From contig CAMQWJ010000001.1 of the NCBI GenBank assembly GCA_947038515.1, positions 205,580 to 269,579 on the forward strand: DNA of 64,000 nucleotides, written 5' to 3'. Both the position numbers and the translations under genes were made by a program. The stretch comes from an uncultured Fusobacteriaceae bacterium. Its GTDB lineage: Bacteria; Fusobacteriota; Fusobacteriia; Fusobacteriales; Fusobacteriaceae. Positions 9,625 through 19,666 of this stretch are shown piece by piece. Under the pieces are notes generated by a model that did no database searches, was not told the DNA's origin, and was given only the letters and a program-made list of their open reading frames with translations. Each line of letters opens with the position of its first letter. Positions within the stretch are counted from its first letter, which is position 1.

Positions 9625-10659
9625 CTATTTTATTTTTCCTACCGCTCTTAAAGGGTTAATCGCTCTACCATTTTTTCTGATTTCAAAATGTAAATGGGGA
9701 CCTGTTGATCGTCCGGTATTTCCAGTTTGACCCAATATTTGTCCTTGTTTTACTCTTTCTCCAACTTTTACCTTATAACTATTTAAATGGGCATATCTAC
9801 TTTCATATCCATTTGAGTGAGTTATTATTACTATTTTTCCATATCCTCTTTGAACTCCTGCAAATTTTATTACTCCACTTTTAGTCGCCCTAAATGAGAT
9901 ATATCTAGCTTTTAAATCCACTCCTGCATGACCTATATATCTTTTCAAAATGGGATGGTATCTATTTCCAAAAGCACTATTAACTCCGGTATATTTTATA
10001 GGCATAGCAAAATTTTGAATACTTGAATATACTTCTACCTCTTGCTTTAAATTATTGTTTTTCCTTTTCAAAGTCCTTATTCTCTTTACTTCTATTTGCC
10101 TTTTAAGTTCTTCTATTTTTTTAAAGTCTGGATTAATCAAAAATATAGATTCATTTATTTGCAATTTTTCATTTATAATAAAACCATTATATCTAAGTAT
10201 TTCTGATATTTTCACACCAAACGCTCTTGATATTTTTCCCAGATTATCTCCACTAATAATTTTATAAAAAACACCATTTTCAGATGGAATACTTATTTTT
10301 TCTCCTATCTTTAATGTTTTACCTAGCTTTGGATTATTATACTCTAACACTTTCTTTTCTACATAAAATTTTTCAGAAATCTCTGCAATAGTATCGCCTT
10401 CCACAACTATATAATCAAATTTCACAACATCTTCTACTACTCCATCTTTCCTCTCAAACTCTATTTCTTCATAATCTCTTTTCAGTACAAAGTAATTTTC
10501 TTTAAGGATATTTTCACCCTCATCTTCTTGATTTGTAGTATAATAATTTTCGAACTTTTTTGTATCTACTACCTCATTATTAAAAATTCCTATTTTTTCT
10601 ATTCCATAAAAAAATAAAATAATAAAAATAATAAAAAAATTAAATCTTAATTTTATCAT
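9625..10659 (-). CDS. LysM-domain M23 family metallopeptidase
   Basis: Two LysM-like repeats followed by M23 motifs 'GHAGVDL' and 'HLHFEIRKNG'. Confidence 0.8.
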   Translation of the reverse strand: MIKLRFNFFIIFIILFFYGIEKIGIFNNEVVDTKKFENYYTTNQEDEGENILKENYFVLKRDYEEIEFERKDGVVEDVVKFDYIVVEGDTIAEISEKFYVEKKVLEYNNPKLGKTLKIGEKISIPSENGVFYKIISGDNLGKISRAFGVKISEILRYNGFIINEKLQINESIFLINPDFKKIEELKRQIEVKRIRTLKRKNNNLKQEVEVYSSIQNFAMPIKYTGVNSAFGNRYHPILKRYIGHAGVDLKARYISFRATKSGVIKFAGVQRGYGKIVIITHSNGYESRYAHLNSYKVKVGERVKQGQILGQTGNTGRSTGPHLHFEIRKNGRAINPLRAVGKIK

Positions 10660-10684
10660 ATACTTCCCCTTAATTTGTTATTCT

Positions 10685-11908
10685 TTATTCTGCCTCTAAT
10701 AATATTTTATTATTCACAGTTTTTTCAATCTTATCTAATAATTTTTTTGTTCCACTAACTTTATCTAATGTTGATAAAGCCCTTCTTATTTCCCAAATTT
10801 TTTCTAAACTATTTTTTTCAATTAACAGTTCCTCTTTTCTTGTTCCAGATTTTTGAATATCAATTGCTGGATAAATTCTTAATTCTGCAAGTGTCCGGTC
10901 TAATTGAATCTCAAGATTTCCAGTCCCTTTAAATTCTTCAAAAATAACTTCATCCATTTTACTCCCTGTATCTACAAGGGCAGTAGCTATTATTGTAAGA
11001 CTTCCACCATTTTTAATGTTTCTGGCTGATCCAAAAAACTTTTTAGGATAATAGAGTGCACTGGGATCAATTCCTCCAGAAATTAATTTTCCACTTGAAG
11101 GTATTACTATATTATATGCTCTCGCTAATCTCGTTAAAGAATCCATCAATATTACTATATGTTCCCCATTTTCAAGTTTTCTTTTGGCTCTTTCCAAAAC
11201 TATTTCTGTAACTTTAACATGATTTCTTGGATCTTCATCAAAAGTTGAAGCAAATACTTGTGCTCCTTTTACATTTTCTTTAATATCTGTAACTTCTTCT
11301 GGACGTTCATCTATTAATAAAATCCATACTTCTACATCTTTATTATTCTTTATAATTGAATTTGCCATATCACTAATAAGAATTGTTTTACCTGCTTTGG
11401 GAGGCGCTACTATTAGTCCACGCTGTCCTTTCCCTATTGGAGCAATCAAATCTATAACTCGTCCTGATATATTATTTTTAGAATCGGTTTCCAAAATAAG
11501 GCGCTCTGTAGGATATGAAGGTTTCAATTCATCAAAAGGTACTCTTGATTCAGCTTTTAAAATGGTACCATTATTAACTAATAAAACTTTTTTTAAAGCA
11601 TAATTTTTCTCTTCACCTACGGGTTCTCTAACCTCACCAATTATTTTATCTTCATTCCGAAATTTAAATCTTCTAATTTGAGATGCTGATACATAGATAT
11701 CTTTTACAACATTAGTTTCTCTTAAGAAACCGTACCCATCAGCCATTATTTCCAAATTACCCCAACCAATATCTGTTAATTGATCTTTTAAATGTTCTTT
11801 TATTAAATCTATAAGCTCACTTTTCTTACTTTTATCCTGTTGAGTAATACCAAATTGTTTTGTAATTTCTTGGATATCTTTTAGTAAAAAATCATCGATT
11901 TTTTGCAT
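10685..11908 (-). CDS. rho: Transcription termination factor Rho
   Basis: 407 aa; N-terminal RNA-binding domain, Walker A 'APPKAGKT', RecA-like core. Confidence 0.9.
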   Translation of the reverse strand: MQKIDDFLLKDIQEITKQFGITQQDKSKKSELIDLIKEHLKDQLTDIGWGNLEIMADGYGFLRETNVVKDIYVSASQIRRFKFRNEDKIIGEVREPVGEEKNYALKKVLLVNNGTILKAESRVPFDELKPSYPTERLILETDSKNNISGRVIDLIAPIGKGQRGLIVAPPKAGKTILISDMANSIIKNNKDVEVWILLIDERPEEVTDIKENVKGAQVFASTFDEDPRNHVKVTEIVLERAKRKLENGEHIVILMDSLTRLARAYNIVIPSSGKLISGGIDPSALYYPKKFFGSARNIKNGGSLTIIATALVDTGSKMDEVIFEEFKGTGNLEIQLDRTLAELRIYPAIDIQKSGTRKEELLIEKNSLEKIWEIRRALSTLDKVSGTKKLLDKIEKTVNNKILLEAE

Positions 11909-11918
11909 TAGTTCCTCC

Positions 11919-13226
11919 CTAAACTATTTCACCATAAAGTGTCCAAGTTTTACATTCATTAACTTTTATTTTAACAAATGTTCCAATCATTTCTGAAGTT
12001 CCTTTAAAAATAACAACTTTATTTGTAGAAGTCCTACCTGTTAACATTTCTTTGTTTTTTTTACTTTCCCCTTCCACCAATATTGTAAGTGTTTTTTCAA
12101 AATAATTATTGCTTGTATTCTTTGAGGCTAATGTTTGAATTTTTATCAACCTTTGCAGCCTCTCATTCTTAACTTCTTCACTTATTTGTTCAGTCATTTC
12201 AGCGGCTTTAGTTCCCTTTCGTATAGAATACATAAACATGTATGAATTTTCATACTGAACCTTCTCCACAACATCTAAAGTATCCAAGAAATCTTCTTCT
12301 GTTTCCCCTGGAAAACCAACAATTATATCAGTACTAATACCTATATCAGGTATTTTTGTTTTTAATTTATCTATTAAAAACAGATAATCTTCTTTACTGT
12401 AACCCCTGTTCATCAACTTTAAAATTCTACTTGACCCAGCTTGTACTGGCACATGAATATTTTTAGCTACTTTTTCTGAAACTGCTATAGCCTCTATGAC
12501 ATCATCAGTAAAATCTCTTGGATGTGGTGAAATAAATCGTATCCAAAATTCACCTTCCAAAGCATTAAGTGCTATTAATAGTTTACTAAAACTACTCCCA
12601 TCTTTTTTCTCTTTTCCATAAGAATTAACATTTTGACCAATAAGAATTATTTCTTTATATCCTCTATCAATATATGTTTTTACTTCTGAAATTATTTCTT
12701 CCATTGGTACAGAACGTTCTCGTCCACGTACATATGGAACAATACAATATGTACAGTAGTTATTACAACCATAAGCAATAGGAATAGTTGCTATATATTT
12801 AGACTCGAACTCTGCACTTAAAGTTGAAGGTAATTCATCTTTATTTTCTACATACACTACATTTTTAAAATTACCAGTTTCTATTCTATCAATTGCCTCA
12901 GGTATTTTACCTATATTTTGATTTCCCATAATTATATCAATTGTAGGAAATTTTTTCCCCAATGCCTCACCTTGCTCTTGTGCAAAACAACCTGTTATTC
13001 CAATTATTGCTCCACGATTTTCTTTTAATTGTTTTAATTCTCCTAATTTTCCATATATTTGAACTGCAGCTCCTTCCCGGACTGTACATGTATTTAAAAA
13101 TACCAAGTCACACTCTTCCAAGGTTTCTGTCATTGTATATCCCATATTCATTAACATTTTTTTTATTTTAGCACTTTCGTTTACATTCATTGCACAACCA
13201 TAAGTGATTATCATTGCTTTCTTCAT
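11919..13226 (-). CDS. miaB: Radical-SAM methylthiotransferase, MiaB/RimO family
   Basis: N-terminal MTTase Cys triad (C..C..C), radical SAM 'CNNYCTYC' and a C-terminal TRAM domain. Confidence 0.8.
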   Translation of the reverse strand: MKKAMIITYGCAMNVNESAKIKKMLMNMGYTMTETLEECDLVFLNTCTVREGAAVQIYGKLGELKQLKENRGAIIGITGCFAQEQGEALGKKFPTIDIIMGNQNIGKIPEAIDRIETGNFKNVVYVENKDELPSTLSAEFESKYIATIPIAYGCNNYCTYCIVPYVRGRERSVPMEEIISEVKTYIDRGYKEIILIGQNVNSYGKEKKDGSSFSKLLIALNALEGEFWIRFISPHPRDFTDDVIEAIAVSEKVAKNIHVPVQAGSSRILKLMNRGYSKEDYLFLIDKLKTKIPDIGISTDIIVGFPGETEEDFLDTLDVVEKVQYENSYMFMYSIRKGTKAAEMTEQISEEVKNERLQRLIKIQTLASKNTSNNYFEKTLTILVEGESKKNKEMLTGRTSTNKVVIFKGTSEMIGTFVKIKVNECKTWTLYGEIV

Positions 13227-13433
13227 TATTTAAATCCCTCCTAGTCTATAATTCTAGAGTTTTATAAAAGTGTATTATAACATAAATCTTATAGCTTTCA
13301 TATAATAAAGTAATTTTTTATATTTTATATATCTTTATTTTGTAAAAATTCTTTTGAACTTTCTTCAATATGTTGTATAATAGATTGTTATATCTTTGCC
13401 TTATTTAGGTAATAAAATTCCAATGGAGGAGTT

Positions 13434-14594
13434 ATGAAAAAAAAAATTTTATCACTAATATTAGTTTTTTTATTTTTAGGATGTGAAGGAAAAAAAGAAA
13501 AAACTGTTAATATATATATGTGGGGTGGATCTAAAGAGATAAATCTATTTATGGATAATGTTGTAGCTCCAGAGATAAAAATTAATACAGGAATAATTTT
13601 AAATAGAGTTCCTTTAACCGATATTAGAGATACTGTCAATAAGCTCATCATTGAAAAAGAAGCCAAAAGAAAAAATGGAACTTTAGATATCTTATGGGTA
13701 AATGGTGAAAATTTTAAACATCTTAAAGAAGCGAATGTTTTAATTCCTAACATGATAAAAAATTTAGAAAATATTTCTCTTGTGAATCCATCAACATTAG
13801 AAAAAGATTTTGGTGAACCTATACTAGGAATGGAAGCACCTTGGGGAGAAGCACAGTTTAATTTTATTTATAATACTGTGAACTCAAACAATAATACTCT
13901 TCCCTTTTATGATTCAGCTTCTCTTTTAGAATATGTAAAAAATAATCCTGGAAAATTCACATACCCTTCAACAACTAATTTTACAGGAAGTGCTTTTGTT
14001 AGAAATATTGCAATTGATATAATTGGATTAGAAAATATTGAAAAAATGTCAACAGTAGAACTAAAAACAGCACTAGAACCTGTTTGGAAATACTTCAGAA
14101 CTCTAAAACCATTTTTATGGAGAAAAGGAGATACTTATCCTGAATCTGAAGGGAAATTGGATGAACTTTACTCCAATGGAGAAATTAATATAAGCATGGG
14201 ATATACAATAAGCAAAGTTGTTTCTAAAATTGAAGCAGGACAATATCCTCAGTCTTCAAAGAGCTTTTTATTAAAAAATGGCACATTATTTAATAATCAT
14301 TACTTGACTATTCCTGCAAATGCAAAAAATAAAAATGAAGCATTAATTGTGATCAACCAATTATTATCTCCTAAAATGCAACTTTTAAAGCAAGATCCTA
14401 AAAATTGGGGAGATTTTACAATATTATCTCTTGATATGCTAAGTCAAACAGAGAAAGAATCATTTAAAAATCTTTCCCAAAATGATAAAGTTGTTCCTTT
14501 GAATGAGTTAAAATCTAAAAGAGTTAGAGAACTTTCACCTGAAAAAACACTTATTATAGAAGAGGGTTGGTATGAAAATGTTGGGAAAAGATAA
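13434..14594 (+). CDS. ABC transporter substrate-binding lipoprotein (PotD/Fbp-like solute-binding family)
   Basis: Lipobox 'LFLGCEG'; 386 aa. First gene of a 4-gene ABC operon. Confidence 0.7.
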   Translation: MKKKILSLILVFLFLGCEGKKEKTVNIYMWGGSKEINLFMDNVVAPEIKINTGIILNRVPLTDIRDTVNKLIIEKEAKRKNGTLDILWVNGENFKHLKEANVLIPNMIKNLENISLVNPSTLEKDFGEPILGMEAPWGEAQFNFIYNTVNSNNNTLPFYDSASLLEYVKNNPGKFTYPSTTNFTGSAFVRNIAIDIIGLENIEKMSTVELKTALEPVWKYFRTLKPFLWRKGDTYPESEGKLDELYSNGEINISMGYTISKVVSKIEAGQYPQSSKSFLLKNGTLFNNHYLTIPANAKNKNEALIVINQLLSPKMQLLKQDPKNWGDFTILSLDMLSQTEKESFKNLSQNDKVVPLNELKSKRVRELSPEKTLIIEEGWYENVGKR

Positions 14595-15465
14595 TAAAAT
14601 TTTTCTTTTATTTCCTTTTATAATTTATATGATTTTTTTCTATTTTTATGGGATCTTTTATGGGATTTCTACTTCTTTTGGGTATAATACCATTGGAGGA
14701 ATCTCTAAATTTTCATTGAAAAATTATTTTGAAATTTTTAATGATAATAACCTATATACTTCAATATTATTCACCGGTCGAATATCTCTAATCTCAGGTA
14801 TAATATCTTTAACACTTTCAGTGGCTATTATCTATTTAATTTATTTAAATTTGAAAAGAAAAATTCTTTTTCCTACTTTTTTTCAAAAAATAATAGAAGC
14901 TCCTCTTTTTGTTCCATATCTCGTTGCTGCTTATGGTATTTTAATTCTTTTTATGCAAAAAGGAGTCCTAAGCACATTATTAATAAATTTAAATATTATT
15001 AGCAAATATCAAGATTTTCCTATTTTAACCAATGATAGATTTGGAACTGGTATTATAATCACTTATGTTTGGAAAACAATTCCATTTATTGTAATGATGT
15101 CACTCCCTGTAGTTAGAAGAATCATTAATAAATGGGAACCTTTGGGGTATCTCTACAATATGAGTGATTTCAAGTTTTTTATAAAAATTATTCTCCCACT
15201 AATTTTCCCAACACTTATAATTTCTTTTTTCATTATTTTTTCTTACTTCATAGTTGCTTTTGAAACTCCATATTTACTTGGAGTCACTTATCCCAAGTCG
15301 CTTTCTGTCTACATTTATGAACTTTATTCTAGAGGTTCACTAAGTAATCGTGGAATCATCATGGGAATAAATTTATTAATATCAATTTTTACTCTTTTTA
15401 TTGGCTATTTAGCCTTCAAAATATTAAATTCACTTACTAAATATAGCGAAAAAGGATGGAATTAG
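14572..15465 (+). CDS. ABC transporter permease
   Basis: Polytopic membrane protein. Overlaps the substrate-binding gene's end. Confidence 0.75.
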   Translation: MKMLGKDNKIFLLFPFIIYMIFFYFYGIFYGISTSFGYNTIGGISKFSLKNYFEIFNDNNLYTSILFTGRISLISGIISLTLSVAIIYLIYLNLKRKILFPTFFQKIIEAPLFVPYLVAAYGILILFMQKGVLSTLLINLNIISKYQDFPILTNDRFGTGIIITYVWKTIPFIVMMSLPVVRRIINKWEPLGYLYNMSDFKFFIKIILPLIFPTLIISFFIIFSYFIVAFETPYLLGVTYPKSLSVYIYELYSRGSLSNRGIIMGINLLISIFTLFIGYLAFKILNSLTKYSEKGWN

Positions 15466-16245
15466 ATGACTTCTATGTTTAAAAACATTCTAATGCGACT
15501 TTTATTATTCTTTATTATCCTTATATTTTTACTTCCTTTTGTTGGAATAATTTTAGAAGGATTTAATTTAAATAATTGGAATTATGTTTTAATAAACAAA
15601 AAAACTTTATCTGCAATAAAAAACACTAGTCTAATTGCGATAATAGCAGTCTTTATAAATATAATATTAGGAACTCCAGTAGCTTCTTATATTGGTCAAA
15701 ATGATTTTAAAGGTAAAAGCATCATAGAAACGATTATACTTTTACCACTTATTATTCCAGCTTTTGTCACAACCATGGGAATACAATTTTTCTTTATTCA
15801 ATTGAATTTAATTGAAACATTTTTAGGAGTCGGTATTGTTCATTCATTAATTACATTTCCATATTATATTAGGACTCTCTCAAGTGGTTATTCTACTCTA
15901 AATAAAGATTATGAAAAAATGGCTACAATTATGGGTGCAAATTCTTTTCAAATTTTTTTCAAAATTAATTTACCCATTCTTCTACCAACTTTTATAACTG
16001 CTATTTCTTTTGTAATTATAGTCTCTTTCTCTCAATACCTAATCACCCTTATTATAGGTGGAGGTGAAATCATCACTATTCCAATTTTGATGTTTCCTTT
16101 TATTTCTGGTGGAGATTTTAAGATAGGGGCTGTCTATAGTATCATTTATATAGTTATAAATATGATTTTCATTTTGTTTATCGAAAAATCTATTCAAAAC
16201 TTTTTTTATACAAGCAAGGAGAAAAATAATAATGGTAATAATTGA
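15466..16245 (+). CDS. ABC transporter permease
   Basis: Second permease; starts 1 bp after the previous stop. Confidence 0.75.
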   Translation: MTSMFKNILMRLLLFFIILIFLLPFVGIILEGFNLNNWNYVLINKKTLSAIKNTSLIAIIAVFINIILGTPVASYIGQNDFKGKSIIETIILLPLIIPAFVTTMGIQFFFIQLNLIETFLGVGIVHSLITFPYYIRTLSSGYSTLNKDYEKMATIMGANSFQIFFKINLPILLPTFITAISFVIIVSFSQYLITLIIGGGEIITIPILMFPFISGGDFKIGAVYSIIYIVINMIFILFIEKSIQNFFYTSKEKNNNGNN

Positions 16246-17266
16246 AAATATATATAAAAGCTATAGTGATTTTTCTATCTCTGCTTTAAACTTTAAAGCA
16301 AAAAAAGGAGAATTTCTATCTATACTAGGACCTTCTGGTTCAGGAAAAACAACTATTTTAAATATTATTTCAGGACAAGAAAAAAAATTCTCTGGAACTG
16401 TTACAATTCAAGATAACACAGTGGAAGAGGCTATTGAACAAGGTCAAATTTCCATGGTATTTCAAGATTCACTTCTTCTTCCTCATCTTACTGTTTTTGA
16501 AAATATTGTTTTTGGACTTCGACTAAAAAAAATAAAAAAAAATGAAATAGAGACTAAAGGAATGAAAATTCTTACTCTTTTAGGATTAGAAGATTTAAGA
16601 GAACGATTTCCTAATCAATTAAGTGGTGGTCAAAAGCAGAGAGTAGGAATAGGAAGAGCCCTTATAATGGAGCCATTGTTACTTCTTATGGATGAACCTT
16701 TTTCAGCACTTGATGGTGAACTTAGAGAAAAAATGCAAAATTTAATAAAAAAACTACAAAAAACTTTAAAAATAACTATTATTTTTATAACTCATGACAA
16801 AGATGAAGCTTTTTTTCTTTCTGATCAAATTATTATAATGGAAAAAGGTCAAATTATTAGAAAAGGGACTCCAATTGAAATCTATTCTCAACCTTTGTCT
16901 TTCAATGTTGCCAGTTTTTTAGGTATGGAAAATATTATTTCACTTAATAAATTTTCTATTTTATTTCCTCAACACCCAAAAAATAGTTCCACATTTATAA
17001 AAGAACAAATAAAAGAAAATACTTTTTTTATTATTCCAAGTGAAAGAATTGAAATAACCAGTTCAATTAATACTAATATAGAAAATATTGTCTATAGCAA
17101 AGGAATCCTTAAAGAATGTATTTTTAAGTTAGGATATTATTTTATTAAAGTTAATATTTCTGGACTTCTTATAACTATAAAGCAAAATAGACTACCATTT
17201 TCACTTACTTTAGAAGAAGAAGTTTTTCTTCAATATAACTTTAATGATCTTGTCTTCATATCATAA
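16232..17266 (+). CDS. ABC transporter ATP-binding protein with C-terminal TOBE-like domain
   Basis: Walker A 'GPSGSGKTT', signature 'LSGGQKQR', Walker B 'LLLMDEPFSALD'. Confidence 0.85.
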   Translation: MVIIENIYKSYSDFSISALNFKAKKGEFLSILGPSGSGKTTILNIISGQEKKFSGTVTIQDNTVEEAIEQGQISMVFQDSLLLPHLTVFENIVFGLRLKKIKKNEIETKGMKILTLLGLEDLRERFPNQLSGGQKQRVGIGRALIMEPLLLLMDEPFSALDGELREKMQNLIKKLQKTLKITIIFITHDKDEAFFLSDQIIIMEKGQIIRKGTPIEIYSQPLSFNVASFLGMENIISLNKFSILFPQHPKNSSTFIKEQIKENTFFIIPSERIEITSSINTNIENIVYSKGILKECIFKLGYYFIKVNISGLLITIKQNRLPFSLTLEEEVFLQYNFNDLVFIS

Positions 17267-17345
17267 AATTAAATTATTCAAATAAAAATATAGAAAATAG
17301 GAGGGGTATAATAATTTAAAAGTATTATTATTATACTAAACAAAT

Positions 17346-17936
17346 ATGCTCGATACTAATTGTAGAAAATTTATTCAACCATTTATCAAACTTGGAGCAA
17401 ATATTTTTATAAAATTAAATATTACAGCCAATCAAGTAACAAGTATAGCTCTCATCTTTGGAATAGCAAGTGGAATCTTAATTTATTTAGATTTTCCATA
17501 TATAGCTATAGCTTTATTGTGGTTTTCAGGTTATTTAGATGCCGTTGATGGGACTATTGCTAGACACAGTGGTTCTACTCCCTTTGGGACAGTTATGGAC
17601 ATAACTTTTGATCGGATAGTAGAAATATCTCTAATTTTGGGTTTAGCACTAAAAAATCCAAATATTAATTTTTTATTTTTATGCTTAGCTTGCTCAATTA
17701 TAATTTCAATGACAATTTTTTTAGTGACTGGTTCACTAACAACAAAAAAAAGTGAAAAATCTTTTTATTACCAACCAGGTTTAGCTGAACGAACAGAAGG
17801 TTTTATTATGTTTTCTCTAATGATTCTATTTCAAACTTACTTAAACTATTTAACTTTAATTTTTATTTTTATTGTCTTATTTACAGCTACACAAAGATTT
17901 TTAGAAGGAAAAAAAATATTAAACAAACTATCTTAA
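17346..17936 (+). CDS. CDP-alcohol phosphatidyltransferase family protein
   Basis: 'DAVDGTIARHSGSTPFGTVMDITFDRIVE' matches the D-G-x2-A-R...G-x3-D-x3-D motif. Confidence 0.7.
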   Translation: MLDTNCRKFIQPFIKLGANIFIKLNITANQVTSIALIFGIASGILIYLDFPYIAIALLWFSGYLDAVDGTIARHSGSTPFGTVMDITFDRIVEISLILGLALKNPNINFLFLCLACSIIISMTIFLVTGSLTTKKSEKSFYYQPGLAERTEGFIMFSLMILFQTYLNYLTLIFIFIVLFTATQRFLEGKKILNKLS

Positions 17937-17989
17937 TCTATAACTTAGATTATTAAATAAGGTTCACATTATTTAATAAAGATAAAAAT

Positions 17990-18040
17990 AAAATGAAGCT
18001 ATATAGACTTAACTATATAGCTTCATTTTATTTTTTTATT
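17990..18040 (+). terminator. Intrinsic terminator (perfect 17-bp stem, 6-nt loop, T-run)
   Basis: AAAATGAAGCTATATAG-ACTTAA-CTATATAGCTTCATTTT followed by a T-rich tract. Lies between convergent genes. Confidence 0.7.
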
Positions 18041-18049
18041 TTTTTTTAT

Positions 18050-18712
18050 TTATTTTTTAGCTTTCGATTTTTTAGCTATTACTTTAGTTATCATTGTTAA
18101 TGCAAAGAATATCAATGAAGCTATAAGAGAATATTTTACTGCTGTCCCTTTATCTCCTGAAGCTACTGCACCTGCAAGCATTACAAATACTGATGTTCCT
18201 GGCAAAATAAATATTGTTGATAATACTGCATACTGTACAAATCCTATTGAAGTTAAACCATATACGTAGTTTTGTATTCCAAATGGAAATATTGGTAAAA
18301 GACGAGTTGTAGCAAGAATAAACCATCCTTCGTTTTTTACTCCTTCATTTATTTTTTTAAAAGTTTCAGTATTTCCAAATTTATTTTCCATTGGTTTTCT
18401 AGCAATATATCTTGCAATTAAAAAGGCAAGAGATAGACCTAATGAAGCTCCTATGGCAGTATATAATATTCCCATTACTGGTCCAAAAACAATTCCACCT
18501 ACAAGAGTAATGGGTAATACTGATATACAAGTTATCGCTACTGCAGCATATAATCCTATATATGCTACTGGACCCCAAATTCCTAAACTTTTAATCAATG
18601 TTTCTAATTTTTCTCTATCCTTTAAATATTCTATAGCTCCACTTTTTACTAAAATTACAGCCAACCCTACTAAAACTAAGATTGCAATTATTATTTTTGT
18701 TATTTTATTCAT
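18050..18712 (-). CDS. DedA/TVP38/TMEM64 family membrane protein
   Basis: 220 aa, multi-TM; 'VLPITLVGGIVFGP' core of the DedA/SNARE-associated family. Confidence 0.7.
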   Translation of the reverse strand: MNKITKIIIAILVLVGLAVILVKSGAIEYLKDREKLETLIKSLGIWGPVAYIGLYAAVAITCISVLPITLVGGIVFGPVMGILYTAIGASLGLSLAFLIARYIARKPMENKFGNTETFKKINEGVKNEGWFILATTRLLPIFPFGIQNYVYGLTSIGFVQYAVLSTIFILPGTSVFVMLAGAVASGDKGTAVKYSLIASLIFFALTMITKVIAKKSKAKK

Positions 18713-18729
18713 TTTTATTCCTCTCTTTT

Positions 18730-19629
18730 TTATTTAATAGGAGCATTATTTTTTGATGCTTGATATGACCATTCTATCCATGATCCATCATAATTTTTTA
18801 CATTTTTATATCCTAATAACTCTTTTAATACAAAAGTAGTATGAGCTGATCTTACTGCTGATTGACAATATGCAATAATCTCTTTACTTTTTACTACTCC
18901 TTTTTCATTAAAAAGTTTTACTAATTCATCATATGATTTCATCTGTTTATTTTCATCTAATGCATCGCTCCACTCTAAGAAAGTACACCCAGGTATTTTT
19001 CCTTTTACAGAAGCACCTACTTTTAAATCAGTTCCATTATTTTCAGTATTTGAACGAGTATCTAATATTAAAACATGTGTATTTAAACATGCTTTTACAT
19101 CATCGAATGTTGACACTGTATCTTTATTTGAACTTTCAGGAAATTTATAAGTCCCTTTTTTCACTTTAGCCTCCCTACCTAGTTCTGTTTTTATACCTGT
19201 CTTTTTTAAAGCAGCATATCCTCCATCAACTATTTTCATGTTTGTTGCTCCATACAAATCCATAATCCACCATAATCTATACTCATCTAAGTTATCGCCT
19301 AAAAGTATGATTAATGTATCATTATTGATTCCCATTTCAGAAAACTCTTCTTCCAATTCTTCTCTCGAAGCTCTCATTCCTTTTATTTTTCCATATCTCC
19401 CGTCTTTAGACTCCATATCAGGTCGCCACATATTATATGAACCTTTAACATGATTTCTAAAAAACTTTAACTTACGTCTTACATCTATTATTACAAGGTT
19501 TTTCTCTTCAGTTATCAATTTTTTTGCAGTTTTTGGACTGATAAGAACATCACTTTTGTATTGTGAGTAGTCCTTTCCAAAAATAGTCAACGAGATTAAA
19601 AGTATTATTAATAAAAATATTTTTTTCAT
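18730..19629 (-). CDS. Secreted tandem-rhodanese sulfurtransferase
   Basis: Signal peptide and two rhodanese domains; active-site 'YCQSAVRSA' Cys loop in domain 2. Confidence 0.75.
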   Translation of the reverse strand: MKKIFLLIILLISLTIFGKDYSQYKSDVLISPKTAKKLITEEKNLVIIDVRRKLKFFRNHVKGSYNMWRPDMESKDGRYGKIKGMRASREELEEEFSEMGINNDTLIILLGDNLDEYRLWWIMDLYGATNMKIVDGGYAALKKTGIKTELGREAKVKKGTYKFPESSNKDTVSTFDDVKACLNTHVLILDTRSNTENNGTDLKVGASVKGKIPGCTFLEWSDALDENKQMKSYDELVKLFNEKGVVKSKEIIAYCQSAVRSAHTTFVLKELLGYKNVKNYDGSWIEWSYQASKNNAPIK

Positions 19630-19666
19630 CTTTTACTCCTTTTTTATTTTTTTATATTAATTTTTA

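Noticed and set aside
13388-13753. Minus-strand 121-aa ORF overlapping the start of the ABC substrate-binding gene
   Set aside because: It overlaps a strongly supported lipoprotein gene and its promoter region and has a low-complexity sequence, so it is probably spurious.
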